DNA of 64,000 nt from Myxococcota bacterium (GCA_963676915.2 CAXXVK010000064.1:29441-93440), one strand, 5' to 3'; shown: positions 19,397 through 31,791, counted from the stretch's first letter. Notes: generated by a model from the letters alone, not told the origin. Translations and numbers: made by a program.

Positions 19397-22300
19397 ATGA
19401 ATCCATATATCGGGGGTTGGTCGACACGAAACCTATTTGTTTTGTTGGCTTTCGTGGTTCTTGGAATAGGGGCAGTCGGCTGCGAAGGAACATCCGCTCC
19501 TGCCAATCGCTGCAATCCGGAATGTCTTCCCGGACTGGAATGCGTCGATGGCACTTGTGTCTGTTCGGACAGCGATTGCTGCACGACAAGTGACGACTGC
19601 GATCCTGGGCAAATTTGCAACACGGCAACCATGCAATGTTGCGTTTTGGGTGAAAACGGTTGCGGCGGCGAAACACCGGACACGGATGACGATGTAGAGG
19701 AAAGCAACGCCGACGGTGACGAAACCGACGATGCGGATATCTCCGATACGGAAGAACTTTCTGAAGAGGAAGAAGAAGCGGTCTGTGTCGAAGAGGGAGA
19801 TCCTTGTACCGAAGCCGGGTTGCTCCTCTGCCACGAATGCAGCGACGAAACCGTTCAGGCTTGCAATCCCGTTGATCCCAATCAACCCGATGGTGACAAA
19901 CAATGGGAACTCGTAGCCTGTTCTGCCATTTGCTTCGATTCCGAGAAACTTGCTCTGTATTGCGAGATGTTCTGCGAAAATGGAGTTGCCTGTTGCAGTT
20001 CTTGTTCCTGTGACTGTGGCTCGGCGGATGGTGACGATGACGGCGACGAAGTGGTAGATAGCGACATCGATGATACGGACGATATCGAAGTCGAAGAAGA
20101 TGTCACCCCCCAGGATTGCTATGTCGAACAGCGCCATATCGGGGTGGATGTTCTGAATCATATCGAGGATTTACCGGCGTTTCGGCAGTTGTCCTGGGCC
20201 GAGCAGGTCAGCAGTGCGGACCCCGGTGATGTCGGCGACGACATGGCCCCCAATCCATTGCAAGACGGTGACGAAAAGGTTGTTGTCGATGTCAACCGGC
20301 CTGGTTGCATCACCCGGATGTGGTTCTCGAATCCCGAAGAAATCGGCTCGCGGCTGCTTTCGATTTACCTCAACGATTCCGAACAGCCGGTGCTGGATAT
20401 TTCCTTCCCGACGCTGTTTGCAGGACAGACCGCTCCGTTCCTGAGTCCGCTTGTGAAAAACACGGGCGATGCTTACCTCAGTTACGTGCCGATCTGCTTC
20501 TCGAAGTCGGTGAAAGTAACGATCCAAGGCGGCGGAAGACTCGAAAACTTCGCCTACCAGTTCACGTACGGAACCTTTAGCAACGATCTCGGAGTCGAAG
20601 ATTTTTCGATCGATCTCGACATTGAAGACCTTGTGGACTTCTATACCAATTCGCTCGGTAACGATCCGAAACCTTATGATGCAAGCGGTCCGAACTCCAA
20701 CGTTCACTCTTTCCCGTTAAGCGGCCAACCTGCACCTGGTGTAACCGTCACGATGTCTCAAATCAACGGTCCCGGTGTCATTGAACGGATCTTGTTCGAT
20801 GTCAATCCGAAAGAACCCGATCCGCCATATGGTGAGTACGATGTGCTTCGCAATGTCCGTTTGCAGATCTTTTTCGACGGCAAATCCGTCCCGGATGTCG
20901 ATGCGCCCGTGGACCTGTTCTTCGGTTCAGGATTCGGGGAGGACGATAGCTACACAGGATTAATGAACGGCATGACTGGTGCGGAAAGCTGGGCCGGAGC
21001 CGATTATTGGTATTCCTTCTGGCCGATGCCTTTCAAAACAAAGGCTATTGTGAAACTGGTAAATGACTCACCGATCACGTTGGATTCCGTAGAATATCGT
21101 GTGTATTACCGAACGATGCCGGAAGAAGAATGGCCCAATGATTGGGGACATTTCCATGCTACGTATAACGAAGCGCTTCCGGCGACGGGTGATGGCGACT
21201 ATACGTTGCTGCATACGTCCGGTCGTGGTCAGTACGTCGGAACGATGCTCGGCATCGAAAACGGGGATACCTACAACAAGGATTGGATCGAAGGCGACGA
21301 TAGGGTCTTTATCGATGGTTCATCCTCGCCACAACTGAGCGGTACCGGTTTGGATCACATGTTCAACGGTGGTCGCGAATGGCGAAGCAGCTATACCGGA
21401 CCTTTCGCAAGTGTCACAAAGCATAGTGATTTCCCGTATCAATTCAGCGCACGTCGTTTGTATCTGTCCGACGCCATTCCGTTCAATACCGAACTTCTCT
21501 ACAACCTTGAGCGGGTGTTCGAGTTGTCCAGTGGAACGGAAAAAGTCACGGAAGCCAAGTACCGTTCTTTAGCTCTGTACTATCGTTCTTGTCTGGGTGG
21601 CATGTCGATTACAGACCAGGTAGATTTGGGGAATCCCTCCGATCGCGTCCTGCACGAATTCGATGCGGCCTTTGAAAATGATCGTTGGCAGACCCCCAAT
21701 CGATTTTTCGGAAGCACGAAAATTCTCTGCACCTATCAAGGAAACGAATGTCCTACCAAGTACGTATGCACCGATAGTCGAACCATCACCACCGAGCTTT
21801 ATGCTGGATGTGAAGAATCTTCGCCCGAATGCCGATGCATTCCGAGGCTTTCGGGAGTCGTCCTGACCTCTTCGGCGGAGAGTCCGAGTTTTATGGAAGT
21901 CACGATGGAGATCGATCCCGACAACGTGGGACTACGCCTTTCCCGTGTGTTGGATTACAGCTTCGCCGATCAGGAAGCCGAAGTCTGGATCGGTTCCACC
22001 GAGGTGGGAGCGACGATGCGCAAGGCCGGTGTCTGGCGTACGCCGGGACGCAATCAAAGCAAGTCCTGGCGGGAAGATTTCTTCGATATTCCTTATTGCC
22101 TGATTCAGGATCTTGTAGGAAATCAAGTGCGTTTGCGCTTCTTGCATACTGGCGGCAATGAGTGGAATATCTATGATCTCAAGGTTTATTCTTACCTTTC
22201 GCCGGATCGTACCCAAGCCGGTCCGGGAGTCGTGGATGTCGATACGATTCAGGCCGAATATTCCCTGTCGCGCATTAGTCTGAGTTGGCAGGCTCCGACC

Positions 22301-23092
22301 GGAACGCCTCCTGCCTATTACCACATCTTCAAAAACCTCGATTCGCCGAGTTTCGCTTGTACCGGTGATCCAGCCGCTACGGTATCGACGAATTCCTGGG
22401 ACGATCCTACGCCGTACCCCGCACAATCCAACGTCTACTACAAGATTCTTCCCGAAGATTGCATGGGACAACGTAGTGAAAACTGCTCCGAAACCTTTAC
22501 CGCTTCAACGCCGTTGCCGCCAAAATGCATCAATGTGGAAGACGCTGTTGACTTGACCAATTCCGATATGCCCATAGATCCCGATCTGCCGGAAACCTAC
22601 ACTGGAGAAATCGAAATCGAAGGCTTCGTCGGTGAAACGGACGGCGTGATCGGTATCTCTCCCGAAGATCCGCCCATTGGATACACTTGGGTGGGACGTC
22701 GCAGCACCAGTTCTCTGGTAGTGAACGTCAAGCCTCTGGTAACCGGTGATTACAACATTGGTATTCGTTACGGTAAAGGTACGGATTACGCCAAGTGGCA
22801 ACTGTCGGTTCAGGGTATTCCGCAGGGGGATATCCAAAACGGATTCAACGCCACGGAAATTGTATATCCTCCAACGGTGGATGACAGCCCGCAACTTCAG
22901 TTCATCAGCACCAAACGTTTAACTGTGCCGGACGGAACGGATTTCTACGACAACCCGGAAGCCTGGGAAGAATGGGACGGAATTTCCTTCGTCTTCAAAC
23001 TCAAGGGAGCCGATACGGGAGCCTCCGGAAGCCAGAAACGGGTGACGCTGGACCAGATATGTCTTGAAGGGACGGCTGAAGAAAGCCGCTAA
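19397..23092 (+). CDS. Large Cys-rich lipoprotein with DUF2961 (GH172-like) domain and FN3-like region
   Basis: Lipobox AVGC, Cys-rich/acidic N-terminus, PGCITRMW, GPGVIERI, YSFWPMPF, G.GQYVG, EGDDRVFIDG..GTG. Confidence 0.75.
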   Translation: MNPYIGGWSTRNLFVLLAFVVLGIGAVGCEGTSAPANRCNPECLPGLECVDGTCVCSDSDCCTTSDDCDPGQICNTATMQCCVLGENGCGGETPDTDDDVEESNADGDETDDADISDTEELSEEEEEAVCVEEGDPCTEAGLLLCHECSDETVQACNPVDPNQPDGDKQWELVACSAICFDSEKLALYCEMFCENGVACCSSCSCDCGSADGDDDGDEVVDSDIDDTDDIEVEEDVTPQDCYVEQRHIGVDVLNHIEDLPAFRQLSWAEQVSSADPGDVGDDMAPNPLQDGDEKVVVDVNRPGCITRMWFSNPEEIGSRLLSIYLNDSEQPVLDISFPTLFAGQTAPFLSPLVKNTGDAYLSYVPICFSKSVKVTIQGGGRLENFAYQFTYGTFSNDLGVEDFSIDLDIEDLVDFYTNSLGNDPKPYDASGPNSNVHSFPLSGQPAPGVTVTMSQINGPGVIERILFDVNPKEPDPPYGEYDVLRNVRLQIFFDGKSVPDVDAPVDLFFGSGFGEDDSYTGLMNGMTGAESWAGADYWYSFWPMPFKTKAIVKLVNDSPITLDSVEYRVYYRTMPEEEWPNDWGHFHATYNEALPATGDGDYTLLHTSGRGQYVGTMLGIENGDTYNKDWIEGDDRVFIDGSSSPQLSGTGLDHMFNGGREWRSSYTGPFASVTKHSDFPYQFSARRLYLSDAIPFNTELLYNLERVFELSSGTEKVTEAKYRSLALYYRSCLGGMSITDQVDLGNPSDRVLHEFDAAFENDRWQTPNRFFGSTKILCTYQGNECPTKYVCTDSRTITTELYAGCEESSPECRCIPRLSGVVLTSSAESPSFMEVTMEIDPDNVGLRLSRVLDYSFADQEAEVWIGSTEVGATMRKAGVWRTPGRNQSKSWREDFFDIPYCLIQDLVGNQVRLRFLHTGGNEWNIYDLKVYSYLSPDRTQAGPGVVDVDTIQAEYSLSRISLSWQAPTGTPPAYYHIFKNLDSPSFACTGDPAATVSTNSWDDPTPYPAQSNVYYKILPEDCMGQRSENCSETFTASTPLPPKCINVEDAVDLTNSDMPIDPDLPETYTGEIEIEGFVGETDGVIGISPEDPPIGYTWVGRRSTSSLVVNVKPLVTGDYNIGIRYGKGTDYAKWQLSVQGIPQGDIQNGFNATEIVYPPTVDDSPQLQFISTKRLTVPDGTDFYDNPEAWEEWDGISFVFKLKGADTGASGSQKRVTLDQICLEGTAEESR

Positions 23093-23119
23093 ACGTCAAA
23101 AAAAGGAAAAAGACAAGCC

Positions 23120-23533
23120 ATGCTGCAACGAATCGGAATATCGCTGGACGACAAACTTTTGGAGCGTTTCGACGAACTGATTCAACAAAGGGGCTGGGTG
23201 AACCGTTCCGAAGTCGTTCGCGATCTGATTCGGGACATGCTTGTCGAGGAAGATTGGACCAGCGAAGAGGAAGAGGCCATGGGGGTGGTGGTCGCGGTAT
23301 ACGATCACCATGCCCACGGACTTTCACAAAAACTCACCGAAATTCAGCACGATAGCTTCGCCACGGTGATTTCCACCTTGCACGTTCACATGGATCATCA
23401 TAATTGTCTGGAAATCATGGTCTTGAAGGGGAAGCCGGCAGATTTGAAATCCCTGGCCGATCAGGTAATCGGCACCAAGGGAGTCAAGCACGCGAAATTC
23501 ATTCCCACGACCAGCGGGGCGAAAATTTCCTAA
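23120..23533 (+). CDS. nikR: Nickel-responsive transcriptional regulator NikR
   Basis: RIGISL ribbon-helix-helix, NRSEVVRDLIR, YDHH, HVHMDHHNCLE, GVKHAK. Confidence 0.93.
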   Translation: MLQRIGISLDDKLLERFDELIQQRGWVNRSEVVRDLIRDMLVEEDWTSEEEEAMGVVVAVYDHHAHGLSQKLTEIQHDSFATVISTLHVHMDHHNCLEIMVLKGKPADLKSLADQVIGTKGVKHAKFIPTTSGAKIS

Positions 23534-23559
23534 CCACACGTAACGCCTGGCTTTACAGT

Positions 23560-25482
23560 TTACAACTCAACACTTTGTTCGATGCGCTGGCCGACGAACT
23601 GCGCGATCCAACTGGACAAAGCACCGATAGTGATCATCGGATTGACGTTCGTTGAAGTGGGGACAACGGAGCCGTCCGCAATGAACAGGTTACGCACATC
23701 GAAAGTTTCCCCGCTCGAATTGACCACCGCTTCTCGGGGATTTGCGCCCATTCTCGCCGTTCCCAAAGGATGGTAGGCCGAAAGGTCCAGATCCATGGGT
23801 TTGGCAGGTCGGTCGAGATGCTGATGCAATTCTGTGGGATGATGAACGGTCGTGATACCGTGCAACGGCAACATGACCGTCCGCGCCCCGGCGGCGAGAA
23901 ATACCCGGCTGAGGATTTCCATTCCACGTAGGATGCGCCCAAGGGTCGTTTTATCCATCCAGTAGGTAATTAATGGACGGCGGAAATTCGCGGCGGGCAA
24001 CACACGTCCGACAGATGAATCCGAGACCATAAAACCGAACGTCGAAAGATGTCGGGCTTGTTCCATGAACGACTGGAGCTTCTCTCCAACGAAATCGGTA
24101 AAAACGGGAAGATGTGCAAACGGTGTCGTGGCACCTTCGAACAAGATGCCTTCCTCGTGAAATTCGTTGATCTGGTAGCCTTGAGGAATGAAGTTGTAGC
24201 CGTCCACGACTTCATCCATCACCGCCACCAGCGATGTAGCGGGGTGCACCGAAAGATTTTTTCCCAGCCATCCCGAAGAGTTGGCAAGCTTGTTTTTCAT
24301 GAGCAACAGTGGAGTCAACAAAGCACCGCAAGCCAGCACAACGCATCGAGCCTTGATGGTGACTTTTCGTCCCGTATCTTTGCTGCGTCCACGAACGCCG
24401 TATGCCGTGCCGTTTTTGACGAGGATTTCGTCCACCACGGTTCGGGAGATGAGAAAAGCGTTGTTTTTCAAGGCGTCGGGAACGAACGAAACGTTTGTTC
24501 CTCGTTTGGCGTCGGTAGGACACCCGAACACACAAACGCCCTGGCCATCGCAATCGGGAGCATTGCGAGGCAGAGGACCGTGGGAATATCCCAACTCATC
24601 GGCTCCTCGACCAATGATTTTCCCTGTGGGGCCGACGTATTTCATGTCAGCGGTCGTGACACGGTAACCGGTTTCCATTTTGGCGAAATGCGGTTCGAGG
24701 TTGGCGGGTGTCAGGTCGCACAATCCGAAATTCTCCCGCCATTTCCGCAACACGGGACGGGGCGTTCGAAAACAGGTGCCTGAATTGACGGTTGTCGTTC
24801 CCCCAACCGTTTCTCCGATAGGGAGGTAAATCAGGCAGTTGCCGACGGTCATGGTATTGCCGCCCAGGAACCACATATCCTGTTGACGATCCCAGGCGCG
24901 ACCATCGAACGTGCGACGGGTGAAGTAGTCCCCGGACTCGACCATCACCACCGCATGACCCTGAGAGGCCAACTCCGAAGCAACCACCGCACCACCCGCT
25001 CCGGTACCAACCACAACGGCCTCGGCTTCGAGTTCCAGATCTTCTGTAATATCGGAACCTTGCGTTACCTGTTGCCACCAGCTTCCCGTCTCGGGTTCTC
25101 CGGTTTCACAGGCGTATCGACAATTGAATTTTTCGTAATAGCCAGGCTTGTCGTAATAGGAGATCTTCATCAACAAGCTTACCAGACGAAACGCCTGAAA
25201 TTCCACCCAGGTTGCCGTTCGCAGTTTTTCGATATACGCGGTCCGCTTGGCAGGAGACAGATGACGCATCGAACGAACGTAGTTCAAACGTGCCCGCTCG
25301 TTGACAACGTGAAGCATTCCTTTGACGGAACGTATCGAAATCGGCGTCATTTTTGCGATGGCACGCTCGACAAGATCGACATCTTCCCAGGTATAGGCAC
25401 CGAAAGATTTCGAAGCCGGAAACATGACTTCACCTAAAGCATAAACGATTTCCCGCTCGCGGTTGGAAAGAGTAGTTCCCAT
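23560..25482 (-). CDS. GMC oxidoreductase (long-chain alcohol oxidase-like) with fused N-terminal helical domain
   Basis: GTGAGG, VGGTTTVNSG, CDGQGVCVFGCP, HPLGTARMG, NVNPMITI. Confidence 0.9.
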   Translation of the reverse strand: MGTTLSNREREIVYALGEVMFPASKSFGAYTWEDVDLVERAIAKMTPISIRSVKGMLHVVNERARLNYVRSMRHLSPAKRTAYIEKLRTATWVEFQAFRLVSLLMKISYYDKPGYYEKFNCRYACETGEPETGSWWQQVTQGSDITEDLELEAEAVVVGTGAGGAVVASELASQGHAVVMVESGDYFTRRTFDGRAWDRQQDMWFLGGNTMTVGNCLIYLPIGETVGGTTTVNSGTCFRTPRPVLRKWRENFGLCDLTPANLEPHFAKMETGYRVTTADMKYVGPTGKIIGRGADELGYSHGPLPRNAPDCDGQGVCVFGCPTDAKRGTNVSFVPDALKNNAFLISRTVVDEILVKNGTAYGVRGRSKDTGRKVTIKARCVVLACGALLTPLLLMKNKLANSSGWLGKNLSVHPATSLVAVMDEVVDGYNFIPQGYQINEFHEEGILFEGATTPFAHLPVFTDFVGEKLQSFMEQARHLSTFGFMVSDSSVGRVLPAANFRRPLITYWMDKTTLGRILRGMEILSRVFLAAGARTVMLPLHGITTVHHPTELHQHLDRPAKPMDLDLSAYHPLGTARMGANPREAVVNSSGETFDVRNLFIADGSVVPTSTNVNPMITIGALSSWIAQFVGQRIEQSVEL

Positions 25483-25661
25483 GGAGGGTGCTCCTTGAAA
25501 GCTTGTGTAATCAAAACACATTAACACAGCGCGTTACGATTGCAAGAGAAGCAGCATTTTCGCTGCGCAAAATCATGATAGTGTTTGCCTCGAATGTCAA
25601 TCTGTGTAAACTATCGTTCAATGTCGCGGACGAATGGGTGTAATTTTTTGTAGGAAAAATC

Positions 25662-25731
25662 GTAGGTCGGGTGATTTCACCTGAAAATTTTCGAAAACGG
25701 TCTTCGGTGTCGGGTGAAGTCACCCGACCTA
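25662..25731. repeat. GTAG-family REP doublet (REPIN-like)
   Basis: GTAGGTCGGGTGATTTCACCTGA...TGTCGGGTGAAGTCACCCGACCTA, an inverted pair; related copies at 36142, 37388 and 61535. Confidence 0.8.
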
Positions 25732-25900
25732 GAACTTTGGTTCAACGTTTTCTTAGAAAATGCGATTTATCATAAGATTAAAGACACACCCTGGACGAAT
25801 GGATACGTGCAAAAAACAATTGAGAATCGGTTTTAAGAACGATCTGGGAACAGTTCTCAGATTCCAGGGTTGAGTTTATCTTTTTCGGAGGTGCGGGATC

Positions 25901-28455
25901 ATGAATCGAGGTCTTTTCGCCAGCCTTCTGCTTTTGTTTGCTGTCGTACTTGCTATGTCGGGATGTACCGGGGATGAGCCGGACCTCCGGCCGGATTCGC
26001 TTTCGGAGGTAACTCCCTACCTGACGTATCTCAAAGACGATCAAGGGCGGTATATTTACCTCAAGGGTGTCAATGTGGGTGGAAGTTCGAAGGTGCCTTA
26101 TCTGGAAGGAGAAGACGCACTCGAACACCGCTACAGCCCTAATCGGTCGGCGGATATATCTTATGTAGGGCGCCCGTTTCCCGCCGAGAGCGCTGACCAG
26201 TACTTCGAACAGATTCGAGCCCTGGGATTCAACTCGGTGCGGTTGCTGTTCATGTGGGAAGCGGTCATGCCGAACTCTCACGATGAAGTGGACACCGAAT
26301 TTCTGGCCTATCTGGACGAGATGATCGGTAAAGCCCACGAGCACGGCTTGTACGTATTGCTCAACGTGCACGAGAATATCTGGAGCCGTCACATTTATTC
26401 GCTGTACAACGAAAAAGCCGATGGAAACAAAGGCGATTTGATCAACATGCTGTACTCGCTGTTTCCGCAAAAATGCAAAGACAGCGGACGGTGTGCAGAA
26501 GGCGCAGATCCCGAAGCTTACGACTGGGAAAATGGCTTCACCGATCACGTTTCCGGCGATGGCGCACCGATGTGGGCCAATTATGCTTGTTTACCGCATA
26601 AGAACTGGGACCCCGACAACAAGAACTGGGGATTGTTCCGTATTATCGGAACGTTGGGCAAAGACCAGGACGACAATGGCCGACCGGATTTCTTCGAGGA
26701 ACTCGACCTGATCATCCCTTATCTCGAAGGCACCGGCATGATTACCCTGGACGACGCCACCAAGGCGAAAATCCAGGAAATGGAGAAAAATCTCCCCGAG
26801 CCGTTTTCGGTAAAAGAAACCAGCGACATGATGCCCTGGACCTTCTGGGGACTCGATACCTTCCTGTCGATGGACTCCGACCAGTGTTACGCCAAACTGT
26901 TCGCCGGAGATGTCGCTTACCCGGAAATGATCGCGCTCGACAAAGACCGCAATCCCATCATCGATCCGAATACCAACGAGCCGTATCCTATCGAGGAATA
27001 TCTGCAATCGGGATACGAGCGCATGTGGCGTGAAGTGGCCAAAGTCGGCAAAAAGCACTCCAACGTCATCGGATACGACATCATGAACGAGCCGCCTATC
27101 GTGTTCATCGTGTTGTCCATCCTTGGAGCCTATTTCGATCTTTCGGGGTTGGGACTCGAAAGCACTTTGGAAAACCTGATGAGCGGCCTCGTGCCGGTGG
27201 ATGTCCCGTTGAGCGTTCCCGACAATTACGTACTGAGCGACGACGGGAATACAAGCCTCGGAGAATACGCCTTTTTCCTGTTGCGCTTTCTCGAAATTCT
27301 TCCAAGAGATACCAGCGACGAGATGAAAGCCGAGTTGGGTCTTGCCTATAAAGACGATACGCAGAATATCGAATGGAGCGCCGACACTTTCGGACTGCTG
27401 GGCTTGAATTCCAATTTCGAGGAGAACCATCTTCGACCGTTTTACGAGCGCCTGGCCGGAGCCATCGTCGAGGAAGACCCCGACGCCACAATCTGGTTCG
27501 AGGGTCGGCTTGGGAATCAATTCGATTCTTGGCGGTGGCGGTATCGGTGGTCAATGGGTACAACACATGCTTCGTCCGACACTGGAAGAAGGCGACCGGG
27601 GACGTTTCGTATTCACGCCGCACTGGTACCCGGACATCTATCCGCATATCGGTTTCAACATGACCCCGCGTGAGTTCACCGACGAAGTATATCGTTACCG
27701 GGAGTACTCCGAAAAACTGCAAAGCTACCGGGATGAAGCACAGGACTGGTACTCCAACATCCCGACCGTGTTCGGCGAATTCGGAACCTATTGGAATTTC
27801 AACGGAATCGAGCAGTCCGTTGAAGACAACTATATCGTTTCCACCGAGATTCTCGACAACTACTACGAAGCTTACGAAGACCTGATGCTGAGCAACATGG
27901 TCTGGTGCTATACCGCCGACAACGATTACACTTACGGCGACTGGTGGAACCACGAGGACTTCTCCATCATCGATCCAGCCGGAAGACCTCGGGGTGAGAC
28001 GGCTTATTCTCGGCCCGTGGCTACGGCGATTTCGGGAAAACCTACCCACATGCACTTCTACTCGGATCACCACTATTACGATCCCGACAAAGGCGAGGTC
28101 GATCCCTTCCACGAGTTCGAATTGCGTTTCGCCAGTCGGGGAAACCCGCGAACCGACGACGCTTTTCGTCCCCGAACTGCAATATCCCGATGGCTTTTAC
28201 GTCTGGCTTTCGGACGGGTTCTGCTCGGTGCAGTATTTCCCGGAGATCGAAAACCCGACGGGGTCCAACAGTGGAGCGAGCCGGAAACCCGAATGGATTC
28301 CGGGCTATTACCTGCTGAATTACTACCCGACAGAAGACAAGCCGGGTTGGGAGCACGAGGTGTTGATCCGTCCACCTTTGAAGGGGCAGGAAGCCAGGGA
28401 CTGGAGTTATTTCGTCAAAGGCCAAGACACATTGACCGGCGGAACTCGCCACTGA
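25901..28455 (+). CDS. Glycoside hydrolase family 5 lipoprotein (endoglycoceramidase-like); two +1 frameshifts (~27505, ~28140)
   Basis: Lipobox MSGC, LKDDQGR...GVNV, GFNSVRL...WEA, GDGAP.W, acid/base NEP, nucleophile FGEFG, WNHEDFSI, YSRP...AISG. Confidence 0.8.
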
Positions 28456-28477
28456 CGCGGACGAATAGGAGGTGGAT

Positions 28478-30051
28478 ATGCAACGCAATACTACTTGGAC
28501 GCTTCGGTCGGTTCGTTCGCTGATATTGTTAGCGGTGCTGGCCTTTGGTTTTGAAGGATATGCCGAAGAAGTTTCGACCAATGAAACGGACGCTTTGGCA
28601 GTAAGCGAAACGGCTACAGAAGAAAACAGCGCAACGAAAGAGATACAACCGGTTGAGAATCAAGGGGAAAAACTACCTTCCTGGGTGGATGACCAACCGG
28701 CGAAAATCGATCTTTCCAAAGCACCGGCGGGGGAAATCTGTTACGACCCGGAATTGGTCGCTTCCTCGGTCGCTCCCTCCTGCAAAAGCGGGAAACGAGT
28801 GGAATTCGGTGCCGACTTCCAAACCGTCTTTTTCATCAAAAACGATGAAGATTTCGACGATACACCGCCGGAATACAACAAAGACAGTCAGCAATCGGCG
28901 TTTCTGGGAACCTACCTTCGACCGCGAGTTGTCTCTCTATGCGATGGACAACCTGAAGATTTTCTGGGAATTCGAAATCGGCCTGAACCTGTGGAGCCGC
29001 AACAACGCCGACCAGAACAATACCGGCAGTGGCGACTACTTCCTGTTCAAACAACGAGAACTGAACGCACAAGGGTCGTTCCTGGACGGGGCTGGTGGGA
29101 TTTTCCGTGGGATATCAGCACTTTTCCGATCCTTCCGGTCTGTTTCTGAATCATTGGATCGGTGCTGCGAGTTTTATCACGAAACCGAAAAGCGGAACCT
29201 ACACCATCAGTCTGGCTCAGATGCCCGACAATACGGCGGAAGGCTTCCTGACCGATGAGAACAGCCTGACACGTGACCGTTACGTGTTTGGATTCCGGGC
29301 TGATCTGCCTTTCAAATCCGGCGAAACGAAGCTGACGTTCTCTCCGTCGATCTATCATTTATATGATGACACCGTGGTGGATTACACGAAGAATCTCGCC
29401 AACCTGACTCTCCATCTGGACTTGGAATGGCGCTACCTGACCTTCTCTGCCGACCTGCTTTACCAGTACGGCGTTACGAAAAACGGTTCGTACGATGGCG
29501 AGGACGTGATTCACTCCGGCTATGCCACGCAACTCAATCTTGGACTCGATTTCAATCCTTTCGTGTTGTCGTTCAACCTGCTGAACCTTTCGCCGGACGA
29601 CGACCACGAAGCCAACGATTCGGATGGAGCCTTCCTGTACTCGGGCAAAAACCGAAGCGCGACGATTCTGCTTACCGAAGACGAACTTCGCGACCGTGGA
29701 GACAACCTGGACGAACGGATGGGAAGCAACGACGGCGGTTTCTCGCAACTTCGCTCCGGTTACGGCCTTGTGGATCTGAAAGCAGCGATGAACGTAACCG
29801 ACTATTTCCAGCCTGCCTTGGTCGTCGGTGCGGCAGTGACCCAGAATACCGCCAATTCCATGGGTGAAAATTTCGTGGGGATGGAAACGAATCTCACGAT
29901 GAAATTCATGGTGGACGACGTGCTGGACTTCCACCTTGTCGGAGCCGTACTGGTTCCCGGCAAGGCGGCAGCGGCCAGAATCAACGGGTATGACCGGGAC
30001 CGAACGAACCTGATGTATGCCGGAGAAGTAGCCATGGGCGTACACTTCTAG
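28478..30051 (+). CDS. Predicted outer-membrane beta-barrel (alginate export-like); two +1 frameshifts (~28925, ~29095)
   Basis: Signal peptide, amphipathic beta strands, terminal Phe (MGVHF); pieces 28472, 28653 and 29095 join by +1 shifts. Confidence 0.6.
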
Positions 30052-30101
30052 AGAAACGATTTCACAATGGATCAACGGACCTTTCAATTAGATAAGCGGG
30101 G

Positions 30102-31776
30102 ATGGTGATGGAAGCAACGATTCAGCTTGCAGCGGTGGACTGGCTGATTATCGCCCTGTATTTCGTGGCGATACTCGGCATCGGGTTGTATCTCAAACGC
30201 TTCGCCGATACGAAGGAAGACTTCTTCGAGGCCGGGCGTCGAAACAGTTCCTGGGTTGCGGGACTGGCCTTTGTGTCGGCCAACCTCGGTGCATTGGAAA
30301 TCCTGGGATGGACCGGCGGAACGATCAAGTATGGCATGTTTGTGAGTCATTTTTACTGGATCGGCGCAATTCCGGCGATGCTGTTTTTGGGATTGTTCAT
30401 GATGCCATTCTACTATTCCAGCAAAATCCACTCTATTCCGGGCTATTTGCTGCTCCGCTTCGACGAGAAAACCCGTGTTCTAAACGCTATCGCATTTGCC
30501 GTAATGACGGTGCTTGATGAGCGGTATCAACATGTATCTGATGGCGCTGGTGTTTCATGTTGTGTTGGGATGGAACATGGATGTTTCCATCTGGATCAGC
30601 GCAGCGGCGGTAGGTTGCTACATCACGTTGGGAGGGCTGATGTCTGCGATTTTTACGGAAATCGTGCAGTTTTTCCTGATTTGGTTCGGTTTGTTCCTCG
30701 TGTCGCTGCTCGGTATCATCGATCTGGGAGGATTGAGCCAGATCTTTGCCGGATTGCCGGACACCATGGCCGGGTTGTGGTCCACCGCCGGGGACGCCAG
30801 CCTCAACGACATGGGCGTTACCTGGGTGGGAATCGTGCTCGGTCTGGGATTCGTGCTGTCTTTCGGCTACTGGACCACCGACTTCCTGCTGGTACAGCGC
30901 GCTTTTTCGGCCAAGGATCTCCAAGCCGCACGTATGACCCCGATCATCGCCGCGTTTTTCAAGATGATCCTGCCGTTTATCGTCGTGGTGGCCGGTTTGG
31001 TGGCGTACCAATTGATCGCTCGTGGCGACTTGCCTAAAGAACTGTTGGAGAATCCTGACTCCGCCTTGCCGTTATTGATCGCCAGGTACTATCCGCCGGG
31101 ACTGATGGGATTGGGTATTACGGCCTTGCTTGCCGGATTTATGGCCAATTATGGCGGGTAAGCGGGTAAGAGAGTAGCCTTCAATACGGTATGGACTTAC
31201 GATATCTACCGAGTGATCTTCAAGCGTGACGCCACCGACGAGCACCTGCTCAAAGTCGGGCGCATCACTACGGTGGTGGGAGTGTTCATCAGCATCATAA
31301 CGGCGTATGTCGCCATGCAGTTCAGCACCATCATGGATTACATCCAGGCTATTTTTTCCTGGGTCAACGCGCCGCTGTTTGCAACAATGCTGCTTGGAAT
31401 GTTCTGGAAACGCACCACAGCCGCCGGGGCTTTTTGGGGATTGATCGCCGGAATGCTGACCTCGTTTTCGATCTTCCTGGGCTTCCGTTTCGGTCTGATC
31501 GGCGAGTCGGCTACATATCTGATCACCATGAGTCACGAGCCGTCCGACATGACGAAGAACCTATGGCAGGCGTGGTGGGCCTGGGTGGTCTGCTTCGGCT
31601 TGACGATCATCATCAGCCTGTTTACTGCACCCAAGCCGGTGGAAGAACTCAAAGGTCTGGTGCGTGGTCTGACGGAAAAAGCGGAATTGGGACACGTTCC
31701 CTATTGGCGCTGGCCGGAAGTCTGGGCCGCTGTGGCGCTCGTCGCGTGTCTGATTCTCAACATTTACTTCTGGTAG
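30102..31776 (+). CDS. Sodium:solute symporter (SSS; probable galactose/sugar transporter); frameshift ~30515 and garbled segment ~31150-31175
   Basis: DFFEAGR, SANLGALE, YITLGGL, YWTTDFLLVQRAFSAKD, AFNTVWTYDIY, LLGMFWKRTT. Confidence 0.85.
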
Positions 31777-31791
31777 ACGGGAGGACTGGTC

